Positions 6,992 through 14,023 of a DNA stretch of 14,023 nucleotides are shown here, in pieces. This DNA comes from Deltaproteobacteria bacterium (GTDB taxonomy: Bacteria > Desulfobacterota > Binatia > UBA12015). The stretch spans positions 1-14,023 of the forward strand of contig JAYGCM010000020.1 of assembly GCA_046583355.1 (NCBI GenBank). Reading direction: 5' to 3'. The position numbers and the translations under genes were made by a program. Below the pieces are notes generated by a model. It made no database searches. It was not told the origin of the DNA and was given only the letters and a program-made list of their open reading frames with translations. Position 1 is the stretch's first letter. Each line of letters opens with the position of its first letter.

Positions 6992-8278
6992 ATGAGTTCA
7001 GGAGAAAAAACCCCCATGCGAATGCCTGCCGCGTTCCAATTCCGCTCGATTGCCGCCGCTCTACCGCTCCTTTTCCTCATGAGCGCGACCGCCCAAGCTC
7101 AGCCCGCAAACTCTGCTTGGCCCTCGGTGAACCACGATCGCCAGAACACCGGGCGGAGTGACGATTTCAACGGGCCGCAGGGACCGAACCCGCAGATCGC
7201 CTGGGCGTACCGAAACTCGGCAGGCCGGACGGGCGTAACTGTCGGACCCGACGGACACGTCTACGTCGGCGACGGCCGCCAGCCGATCACCAAAATCGAC
7301 AAAGATACGGGCCAACCGATTTGGCATTCCGGCGAAGGAACCTTCTACGGCCAGGCCGATAAATCGACACCGTCGCTCGGCGCGAACGGACGCGTCTATA
7401 TGGGAGAGCGCGGCAACAACATGCTCACCGTTGATATGTCCAACGGCGATGTTCTCCTCAAGAAGAAAATCAAACACGATGGGGACATTCGCACCTCGCC
7501 ACTGATTCTCGACGACGGCTCGATCATCTATTGCTCGGGCGCACTCGGAAACGGCTGGTGCTACTCGATGAGGGAGAATGCCCCTTTGCAGCCCGAAGAC
7601 CCCTACATCTGGTTCAACCCGCTGAAGGGCTCGATCCTGAATGTCGTGCCCGCCCTGAGCCACGACGGCGAGACCGTCTACATCTCCTTGGACCGGCAGA
7701 AAGTGGTCGCCGTGTATGCTGCGACCGGCATCGAACGCTGGCGCGTCAAACCAACACGACGTGGTCGAGGCGCTTCGGTGGCCGACCATTCGCCGGTTGT
7801 CGGTGCCGATGGCACCGTCTACTTCAACGGCCGTGACGGACTTCTTGCGCTCGATCCGAGCGACGGCGCAACGATCTGGCTCTATGGGGTCGGCCGACGC
7901 GAACAGATTCTATCGCGCCCCGCGCTGGCCACAGACGGCACGCTCTTCGTGGGCGTATCGGGCCGGGAGGCCTATATGGCTGCCATCAGTTCCAGCGGAG
8001 ATCTCGTCTGGCGCTACCCGATGGAGCGCAAGGGCAATTTCGTCAATAATAGCGCCGTTATCGGTGCGGACGGCACGGTCTATGTGACCTTCCGAAAGCA
8101 GCTCCTGGCCTTCGAACCGACGGGAATAGATCATGACGGGAACCCGAGTACGCCCGACCAAGGCGTGCTCAAATGGTCGATGGTCTTCGACCGCATCTTC
8201 AAGAACCCGCTCGCCATCGGCGGTGAGGGCATCCTTTACGCCGTGAGCGGCAAGACCGTTTTCAAGATCACCGACTGA
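6992..8278 (+). CDS. Secreted PQQ-like (PQQ_2/BamB-type) beta-propeller repeat protein
   Basis: Signal peptide ending AQA, then WPSVNHDRQNTGRS, then repeated blades of the form SPxxGxDGTVY...LLAL(D)PxDG...W. The start could be 7016 or 7022. Confidence 0.88.
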   Translation: MSSGEKTPMRMPAAFQFRSIAAALPLLFLMSATAQAQPANSAWPSVNHDRQNTGRSDDFNGPQGPNPQIAWAYRNSAGRTGVTVGPDGHVYVGDGRQPITKIDKDTGQPIWHSGEGTFYGQADKSTPSLGANGRVYMGERGNNMLTVDMSNGDVLLKKKIKHDGDIRTSPLILDDGSIIYCSGALGNGWCYSMRENAPLQPEDPYIWFNPLKGSILNVVPALSHDGETVYISLDRQKVVAVYAATGIERWRVKPTRRGRGASVADHSPVVGADGTVYFNGRDGLLALDPSDGATIWLYGVGRREQILSRPALATDGTLFVGVSGREAYMAAISSSGDLVWRYPMERKGNFVNNSAVIGADGTVYVTFRKQLLAFEPTGIDHDGNPSTPDQGVLKWSMVFDRIFKNPLAIGGEGILYAVSGKTVFKITD

Positions 8279-8290
8279 CCGAGCGGGTTT

Positions 8291-10147
8291 TCATTCAACG
8301 TAGCCGAGCGCTTCGAGTCGCTGCCGAGTCATTTGGTCGACCACGCTGACGGCAGTGCTGCTGGCCGACTGGTCCGCGAGTGGCGCCGTTTTCCGATTCA
8401 GCTCCGTGCGAAGGCGAAGGACTTCAGCTGGGTGCGTCGCGGCGACGTTGGTCGTCTCGCCGGGGTCGGTGGCCAGATGGTAGAGCTTCTCGCTCCACGG
8501 GTGGCCGACCACGCGACGTCGATAGAACTTCCAGCGCGCGTCTTGAAGAGTCTGGGATTCCACGCGGCAAGGCGCGACAGATCTGCCGCGGACCCTGCAT
8601 TCCGCCTGATCGAAAACGAGTTCCGCGTAGGCGGTGTCGGCACTGGCCGCCGCCGCGTTCATCAGCGGGACGAGACTCGCGCCATCAATTCCAGCAGGCT
8701 TTCCCAAGCCAGCGAGTTCGAGAATCGTCGGAAGAATATCGGCAACCTCGACCGGTTCGTCACTCGCCCCGGGAGCCAAGCGCTTCGGCCAGCGGAAATA
8801 GAGCGGCACGTGGATCACCCGGTTGCTCAGGCTCAGGCCATGTCCGAGAGGCCCGTCCTCAAGGAATTCATCACCGTGGTCCGAGAAGATGATCAGGAGG
8901 GTGTTCTCATCCGCGCCAAGCTCGGCGAGCCCCGAGAGGAAACCGGCGAGAGCGCGATCCAGGTAGTCGATTTCACCGCGATGCAAAGCTTCGAGCCGGT
9001 TCAGATCTTTGCCTGACAGCTTCGCTATTGTCGGATGAGATCGCATCATCCGGTATTGTTCCTTGTCATCCCAGACACGCGTGTCGGCCGGCGTAAGTGC
9101 ATTTGCTCGTGCGAGCCCGGCCGCGTCGCGTGGCCGGTAGGGTTCGTGCACCTCATAGGTGTGGACAAAGAGGAAAAAGCGTTCCTCTCGGCCGCGCCGT
9201 GCGACCCATTCGGTCGCACGCGCAAAGGTGCCAGGCGCATCTCCCAGCGCCTTGCTCGAGCCGTCGTCATATTCATCAAAGGCACGGGCAAAGCCGAGGC
9301 TTGAGCCGACAAAGGCATTCTCGGTGATGCCAACGGCCAGGTAGCCGGCATCCCGGAACCGCTCGACAAGCGAGCTAAAGGGCTTGGGGTCGTGACCGTA
9401 GCGGCCATGGTGCACGGGGTAGAGCCCCGTGAAGAGGGAGCTATGTGAGGCCAAAGTGCTCGGATATTGCGCGAACGTCCGGTCGAAGACGAAGGATTCT
9501 CGCCGCAGGCGGTCGAGGTGTGGTGTGAGACTGGCGCCATCTTCGCCGGGGCCGAGATAGTCGGCACCGAGCGTATCGAGGGAAACGAGAATCACGTTCG
9601 GGAGATTGCCGGGGGTGGAGTCGCTCGCGGTGAAGAGAATCCCGCCTACGCAGGTGCGCGCATTCGGATCGGTAGCGTGCGCCGTGAAACGGAATTCTTC
9701 CGCCATCGCCACTGCCGGCGCCAGAACCAGTTCCTGATCAACCCAGCCAGGTTCCTGCGACGCAAGCGTGCGGCGCTGAAGAAGACGAGATGTGCCGGCG
9801 ACCATGGCGTGCAGCGCGTAGGTGGTCGAAGCTTCGCCAGCCCCCACGCTGAAGAGAAGCCGGCCGCGGCTCAGGCCGGGGCCCGTAATGCGAAGGGTCT
9901 CTCCCCGCCCGAGGCAGAAGGCGTGGCGAACGCCGGTGCCGATCTTCTTCTCCTCCGATGCCACCAGTTGGGGCGATCCCACGCGACGCACCGTCAGCGC
10001 GCGCACGCCCGATCCCGCTGGTGGTTCGCCACCAACGCGCGCCACCACCTGGAAGACCGGTCGGGGGGGCTTTGGCACCGGGGCCTCGCAGGCCACGCTC
10101 GCAGCCACGCTCACGACGAGAAAAAAGAGACGAAAGCCGGCGGCCAC
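8291..10147 (-). CDS. Sulfatase-like alkaline-phosphatase-superfamily protein; probable lipoprotein with an atypical active-site motif
   Basis: PNVILVSLDTLGAD, STLASHSSLFTGLYP, FFLFVHTYEVHEPY, EIDYLD, FSDHGDEF..HG, VPL, DILPTIL, LYHLATDPGETTN, LEALGY. The N-terminus has a lipobox-like SVA-C after a GTG start. Confidence 0.9.
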   Translation of the reverse strand: MAAGFRLFFLVVSVAASVACEAPVPKPPRPVFQVVARVGGEPPAGSGVRALTVRRVGSPQLVASEEKKIGTGVRHAFCLGRGETLRITGPGLSRGRLLFSVGAGEASTTYALHAMVAGTSRLLQRRTLASQEPGWVDQELVLAPAVAMAEEFRFTAHATDPNARTCVGGILFTASDSTPGNLPNVILVSLDTLGADYLGPGEDGASLTPHLDRLRRESFVFDRTFAQYPSTLASHSSLFTGLYPVHHGRYGHDPKPFSSLVERFRDAGYLAVGITENAFVGSSLGFARAFDEYDDGSSKALGDAPGTFARATEWVARRGREERFFLFVHTYEVHEPYRPRDAAGLARANALTPADTRVWDDKEQYRMMRSHPTIAKLSGKDLNRLEALHRGEIDYLDRALAGFLSGLAELGADENTLLIIFSDHGDEFLEDGPLGHGLSLSNRVIHVPLYFRWPKRLAPGASDEPVEVADILPTILELAGLGKPAGIDGASLVPLMNAAAASADTAYAELVFDQAECRVRGRSVAPCRVESQTLQDARWKFYRRRVVGHPWSEKLYHLATDPGETTNVAATHPAEVLRLRTELNRKTAPLADQSASSTAVSVVDQMTRQRLEALGYVE

Positions 10148-10221
10148 GCGCCCGAATATCGCCCGACCGCAGCAGTTGCAACCGCCCTCTACCCAGCAGG
10201 AAAAAGCAAAAGGAAAGGCAC

Positions 10222-10434
10222 CAGGAACCCTCCGGAACGCAGCGCGCCGCCTTGCTCGGTACGCTGCCCCGCGAGCAGCAGATCGACGCCATGCAGGGAT
10301 CCATCGAAGCGATGTACGGCGAGCGGGTGCGCGGGTAATAGCGCCAACAAGGGGCAGGCCGGGAAATCACCAGGCAGGCCGGGGAGGCCAGGGAATCAAG
10401 GGAGGCCAGAGAATCACCAGGAACCCTCCGGGCT
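10222..10434 (+). repeat. Cluster of repeat family A motifs
   Basis: CAGGAACCCTCCGG at 10222-10235 and 10418-10431, GCCGGGAAATCACC at 10358-10371, and degenerate tandem GGAGGCCAG.GAATCA units at ~10383-10416. Confidence 0.85.
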
Positions 10435-10605
10435 CTTCCCCTTCCGACCAATTGCCGCAAAAGCGCAACACCTGCTTGATTCCACCAGACACCGGCTTGC
10501 CCCCGACGGCATTTTCGCGGCAAGAACTCACTCGACCAGCTTCATTGCGGCATAGGTCAAATGGGCCAGGCGCGAAATGCCCGGCTTGGTCAGAGGAGTT
10601 CCGCA

Positions 10606-10689
10606 ATGACAATGCATATCAAGACATGCCCGCTTTGTGAGGCGATGTGTGGCCTGCGGGTCGAGGTCCAGGGCGGCCAGGTCCGGTCG
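10606..10689 (+). pseudogene. N-terminal stub of a molybdopterin oxidoreductase ([4Fe-4S] domain)
   Basis: AGGAG RBS near 10594-10598, then MTMHIKTCPLCEAMCGLRVEVQGGQVRS, the CxxCxxxCG motif of the DMSO-reductase-family Fe4S4 domain. The expected continuation (xGDxxxPxSxGxxCxKG) is absent. Confidence 0.75.
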
Positions 10690-10750
10690 AAGTCGACCCG
10701 GGCTCGGCCTGAACACCTGCGCTCTCGAGACGCGGCAGAAAGTATAGAGA

Positions 10751-12061
10751 ATGAAGACGATCGGGAAATGGATTCCGGTGCTTTTGGCAAGCATCGCCTG
10801 CGCGTGCAGCACAGGCAATTCGCCGTTGGAAATTCGCGCCAATCTCTACGCTTGGACGCAACTCGGACCACAGGGCCTCTTCGCGCGCGCTCTGACTCTC
10901 GATGCGGCCTGCCCGTCAATCACGATCGACGGCACGCCGATGCAAATGGTTCGCCGCCACGGCACGAAACCGCCGGGCTTCGAGGAAATCGAGGTCTGCG
11001 ATATGCCGATTCCGGACGGGACCGAGAGCGTCATGCTCGATGGCGTGCCCCTCCCTCTGGCGCCGGCACAGCCAACTCGCATCGCGATCCTCGGCGATAC
11101 CGGTTGCCGGATCTCCGAATATCAGGCTCAAGACTGCAACCGCGATGCTCCGGGCGGCTGGCGCTTTCCCACACTCGCGCGCAGCATTGCCGCAACCGAG
11201 CCGGACCTGATCATCCATCTCGGAGATTACCATTACCGAGAAGCCGCCTGTCCGGATGCGACTCCCGGCTGTGCCCTTTCCCCCTATGGTCCGAATTGGG
11301 AGAGCTGGAAGGCCGATTTTTTCGCTCCGGCCCATGATCTCCTGCCCAAGGCTCCGTGGATTTTCCTTCGCGGCAACCACGAAGACTGCAATAGGGGCTG
11401 GCGCGGGTGGTTTTTTGCGCTCGCGCCAGGCCCGCTTCCGCAAAACCCGTGGAACCCGGACAATTGCCAGACTCATACCAGCTGGTACCCGGTCGCATTG
11501 GGCGATTGGTCGGCAGCCCTGCTGGACTCGGCGACCGCGCCACATGCCTTCACACCGCCTGCGGACCCGCTGACGGTCGCCGCCTATGCCGCCCAACTCG
11601 AGGAGATTGCCGACGCGGCCGGAGCCGCGAGCGACACCTGGCTGATGACGCACCGGCCCTTCTGGGCGGCTGCGGCCTTCGAGGTTTCAGGAAATCCGCA
11701 GCTCGCCGGCGGGGATATTACGCTACAGGCGTCTCTTGCGGCGACCGATAGGGAGGCATTTCCCCCAGGGATCTCCGCTCTCTTTGCCGGCCATATCCAT
11801 ACCTTCGAGCGCATCCTCTTCCCGGACGGGCGGCCCCCGCAGTTCGTCATCGGAAACAGCGGCACCTCGTCGGACCCGCCCATCACACCTGAGCTGATCG
11901 CGGCCTACCCGGAAGTCTTCGCCGAGCTCGGCACTTCGCCGCAAAACCTCATGACCCGCAACTCTGTCGCCTTTGCCCTGCTGGAACCAAGCAGCGGCGG
12001 CTGGACCTTGTCTCTGCGCGATGTCGAGGGAGCCGAGATCGATACGGTCGCCGTGCCTTGA
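10751..12061 (+). CDS. Calcineurin-like metallophosphoesterase; probable lipoprotein
   Basis: All five metal-binding motifs are present: GDTG, HLGDYHY, RGNHE, THRP, AGHIH. The N-terminus MKTIGKWIPVLLASIACAC is lipobox-like. Confidence 0.92.
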   Translation: MKTIGKWIPVLLASIACACSTGNSPLEIRANLYAWTQLGPQGLFARALTLDAACPSITIDGTPMQMVRRHGTKPPGFEEIEVCDMPIPDGTESVMLDGVPLPLAPAQPTRIAILGDTGCRISEYQAQDCNRDAPGGWRFPTLARSIAATEPDLIIHLGDYHYREAACPDATPGCALSPYGPNWESWKADFFAPAHDLLPKAPWIFLRGNHEDCNRGWRGWFFALAPGPLPQNPWNPDNCQTHTSWYPVALGDWSAALLDSATAPHAFTPPADPLTVAAYAAQLEEIADAAGAASDTWLMTHRPFWAAAAFEVSGNPQLAGGDITLQASLAATDREAFPPGISALFAGHIHTFERILFPDGRPPQFVIGNSGTSSDPPITPELIAAYPEVFAELGTSPQNLMTRNSVAFALLEPSSGGWTLSLRDVEGAEIDTVAVP

Positions 12062-12073
12062 GCGGAGCATCAG

Positions 12074-12106
12074 GAGAATCACCAGGCATCAAGCCGGGAA
12101 ATCACC
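12074..12106 (+). repeat. Repeat family A partial motifs
   Basis: GAGAATCACCAGG (12074-12086) equals 10409-10421, and GCCGGGAAATCACC (12093-12106) equals 10358-10371. Confidence 0.75.
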
Positions 12107-12147
12107 CCAAGCCGGCCGGGATAGCGGGCGCGGCCAGAGGAAACGAA

Positions 12148-12843
12148 ATGCAACGACGAACAAAGATCATTTTTCGGACCAGCCTGGCCCTGAACCTCCT
12201 CGTGGCGGGCGGCATGTTGCTGGCGTGGGCCTTTCATAACCCGCTCTATCGCACCTTCCTCCACCCGCGGGTGACGGCGGCACGTCTGGCTTGGTTCGAA
12301 GAGTTTCCCGTGACAAAGTCGAGCATTGTTTTTCTCGGCGACAGCCTGACCCAGCAGGGCAGCTGGAGTGAGATGTTCCCGGGGATCGAGACACGCAATC
12401 GAGGGATTGGCGGCGACCAGACGCGCGACGTGCTGGCACGTCTCGGCGAAGTGATCCGAGCGCAGCCACCGCGAATCCTGCTGCTGATCGGAACCAACGA
12501 CCTCGCCTTCGGTGTTGCGGAAACGAAGCTGTTGAAGAATTTTTCCGAAATTCTGGAGCGACTGGAGCGCGAGAGTCCGACGACCGAGGTGGTCGTGCAG
12601 GGCCTTCTGCCGCGCGAGCCGGTCTGGGCTCCGGCGATAGCCCGAGTCAATCTGGCAATGGCGAAACGGACGGCACGTGGCGGGCACGCCTTTATCGACC
12701 CCGGGCGGGTGCTGGCGGCGGCGGATGGTTCTCTGCGCCCGGAGATGACGTGGGACGGGTTGCACCTGCTCGCGCCGGGCTACGCGGCCTGGCGCAAGGT
12801 CCTCGAGCCCTGGGTGCGAGCGCCGCTACCTGACCTGCAATGA
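12148..12843 (+). CDS. GDSL/SGNH hydrolase with an N-terminal membrane anchor
   Basis: Blocks FLGDSLT, NRGIGG, IGTND and DGLH, with a hydrophobic SLALNLLVAGGMLLAWAF segment. An AGAGGA RBS precedes ATG 12148. Confidence 0.93.
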   Translation: MQRRTKIIFRTSLALNLLVAGGMLLAWAFHNPLYRTFLHPRVTAARLAWFEEFPVTKSSIVFLGDSLTQQGSWSEMFPGIETRNRGIGGDQTRDVLARLGEVIRAQPPRILLLIGTNDLAFGVAETKLLKNFSEILERLERESPTTEVVVQGLLPREPVWAPAIARVNLAMAKRTARGGHAFIDPGRVLAAADGSLRPEMTWDGLHLLAPGYAAWRKVLEPWVRAPLPDLQ

Positions 12844-12854
12844 GGCTGGCAGGG

Positions 12855-12878
12855 GAATCCCCCGGAACCCTCCGGGCT
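12855..12878 (+). repeat. Repeat family A copy
   Basis: GAATCCCCCGGAACCCTCCGGGCT is 22/24 identical to GAATCACCAGGAACCCTCCGGGCT at 10411-10434. Confidence 0.85.
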
Positions 12879-12939
12879 ATCGCTCGAAGGTGCAAAGCGA
12901 AGGTCGCACGACCCTGCGCAGAGGGAAGGACGGCGCGCC

Positions 12940-13767
12940 TCAGACCGCGTGATAATCGGCGTAGAGATCGGGCAAGAACCTGGCCAGATGATTCATCTCC
13001 ATGCCGCAATGGACCAGCATTTCGCGACCGAGGTCCGGCCCGATCAATCGGCGGGCAAGAGCCTGCGAGCCGAGGATGCGGTTCAGGAGATGACCGGGAC
13101 CGAATAGGTCGAGCTGGGGCTTGCCTAGCCAGAAACGACTGCGCATCTCGGAGCCGCCTTCGGTTGTGCGAATCTGGTGAATCACGTGGCCGATGGTTAC
13201 CGGCGCACGCTGCAGCCCGACGCGGCCGCAGACCATGGCCGTGGTGCCGCTCGCAGCAAAACAAGTCGGGTCCGAGAAGACCGTCGCCGGGTCATCGAAC
13301 GTGATCGTGATCTCCTCACGCCGGTCACCGATATACTCGGTCACCCGATGGGTAGTCCTGTACTTCTCGCGGTCGCTGAGCTCCCGGTCGTCGCCGCGCA
13401 TTGCGGCGGTGCCGTTCGCGACATGCGCGCGTGGGTGCCAGAGTTTGTAGCGCTGGTGCTCCATATAGTGCCAGCCCATCCACCACTCAAACATCGCGCC
13501 TGTAACCCGGGGCATGTCGGTCTTGACCGCGACGAAGATCTTGCCATCCGGCAGCGTGGTAAAACCGTTTTCCAGCGCGAGATCCCCGGGCTCAAGCAGT
13601 TGGTCCGCCTCAGACATGGGGAATCCGAGCTCGCCGGCCTCGCTGCCGTGCATGGCCGCTTGCGCCACCTGCGGTTGGAGAGGCCGCATTTCGGGCTGCC
13701 AGTATTTGGCGTAGGGCTTGCCCTCGAGGTCGCCTCGCCGCATACCGATGTAGAGGTCGTTTTTCAC
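12940..13767 (-). CDS. PhlG-like (DAPG hydrolase family) protein
   Basis: LENG..LPDG...VAVKTDMPRVTGAMFEWWMGWH, RYKLWHPRAH, EYIG, GSEMRSRFWLG, HCGMEMNHLARFLPDLY. The His/Glu/His/Glu Zn-ligand pattern of PhlG is retained. GTG start. Confidence 0.87.
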   Translation of the reverse strand: MKNDLYIGMRRGDLEGKPYAKYWQPEMRPLQPQVAQAAMHGSEAGELGFPMSEADQLLEPGDLALENGFTTLPDGKIFVAVKTDMPRVTGAMFEWWMGWHYMEHQRYKLWHPRAHVANGTAAMRGDDRELSDREKYRTTHRVTEYIGDRREEITITFDDPATVFSDPTCFAASGTTAMVCGRVGLQRAPVTIGHVIHQIRTTEGGSEMRSRFWLGKPQLDLFGPGHLLNRILGSQALARRLIGPDLGREMLVHCGMEMNHLARFLPDLYADYHAV

Positions 13768-13841
13768 TTGCTTGCCTTGGGGATGTCTTGGCTGACCGGT
13801 GTTTTCAATGAGATCAAAGCGGTGTCTTCTGAGGTGCTAGA

Positions 13842-13857
13842 CCGATCATATCATCGG
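13842..13857. promoter_or_regulatory. Near-palindromic candidate operator in a divergent promoter region
   Basis: CCGATCATATCATCGG matches its own reverse complement at 14/16 positions and lies between the divergent PhlG-like and SDR starts. Confidence 0.4.
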
Positions 13858-13993
13858 GAAATTTTGTTCCAAGGGCGATTGGAGGCCCGGTTCAGGGAAT
13901 GGGGGGATCAAGTGGCGGTGGAATTGAAGCTGGCCGGTCCAGTCGGGTTGGGGGATGCTTGGGCCTTGTTCACGCAGCGGGAGGAAATGATCG

Positions 13994-14023
13994 ATGGGTA
14001 GAGTGGAAGGCAAGGTGGCCATC
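13994..14023 (+). CDS. Start of an SDR-family oxidoreductase (truncated by the window edge)
   Basis: GGAGGA RBS at 13980-13985, then MGRVEGKVAI, the typical SDR N-terminus before TGxxxGxG. Only 10 codons are visible. Confidence 0.7.
   Translation, partial: MGRVEGKVAI

Noticed and set aside
10452..10523. Imperfect IR TTGCCGCAAAA / TTTTCGCGGCAA
   Set aside because: The arms are short and gapped with a ~50-nt spacer, which could be chance.
10561..11337. 258-aa ORF as an intact Fe-S protein
   Set aside because: Only 28 codons resemble a known domain. The remainder is an Arg-rich out-of-frame overlap with the metallophosphoesterase.

Overview
GC-rich bacterial chromosomal window, plausibly from a deltaproteobacterial/Binatota-like organism (inference only). 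It holds 11 complete and 2 edge-truncated genes, mostly monocistronic and in mixed orientation. In order they are a FadE31-like acyl-CoA dehydrogenase (partial), a YiiX/YaeF permuted papain-like amidase, tag DNA-3-methyladenine glycosylase, a 4x EF-hand lipoprotein, a VOC/glyoxalase, a class III CoA-transferase, an SDR, a secreted PQQ-like beta-propeller, an atypical sulfatase-like lipoprotein, a metallophosphoesterase lipoprotein, a GDSL/SGNH hydrolase, a PhlG-like hydrolase and the start of a second SDR. The most interesting signal is non-coding. Repeat family B (GGGGACGTTGCTTACCTC...CTTACCTCACG...GACCTGAAGGCC, up to ~100 bp) occurs four times in alternating orientation at 1.9-3.7 kb. It brackets single unrelated small genes, including the lower-GC tag gene, like cassettes, and two copies form a ~160-bp element with inverted ends. 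Repeat family A (GAATCACCAGGAACCCTCCGGGCT) occurs at 1.7-1.8 kb and in every intergenic gap from 10.2 to 12.9 kb. There are also two gene relics: an IS110-like transposase fragment and a 28-codon molybdopterin oxidoreductase stub. No intact transposase or integrase lies in the window.
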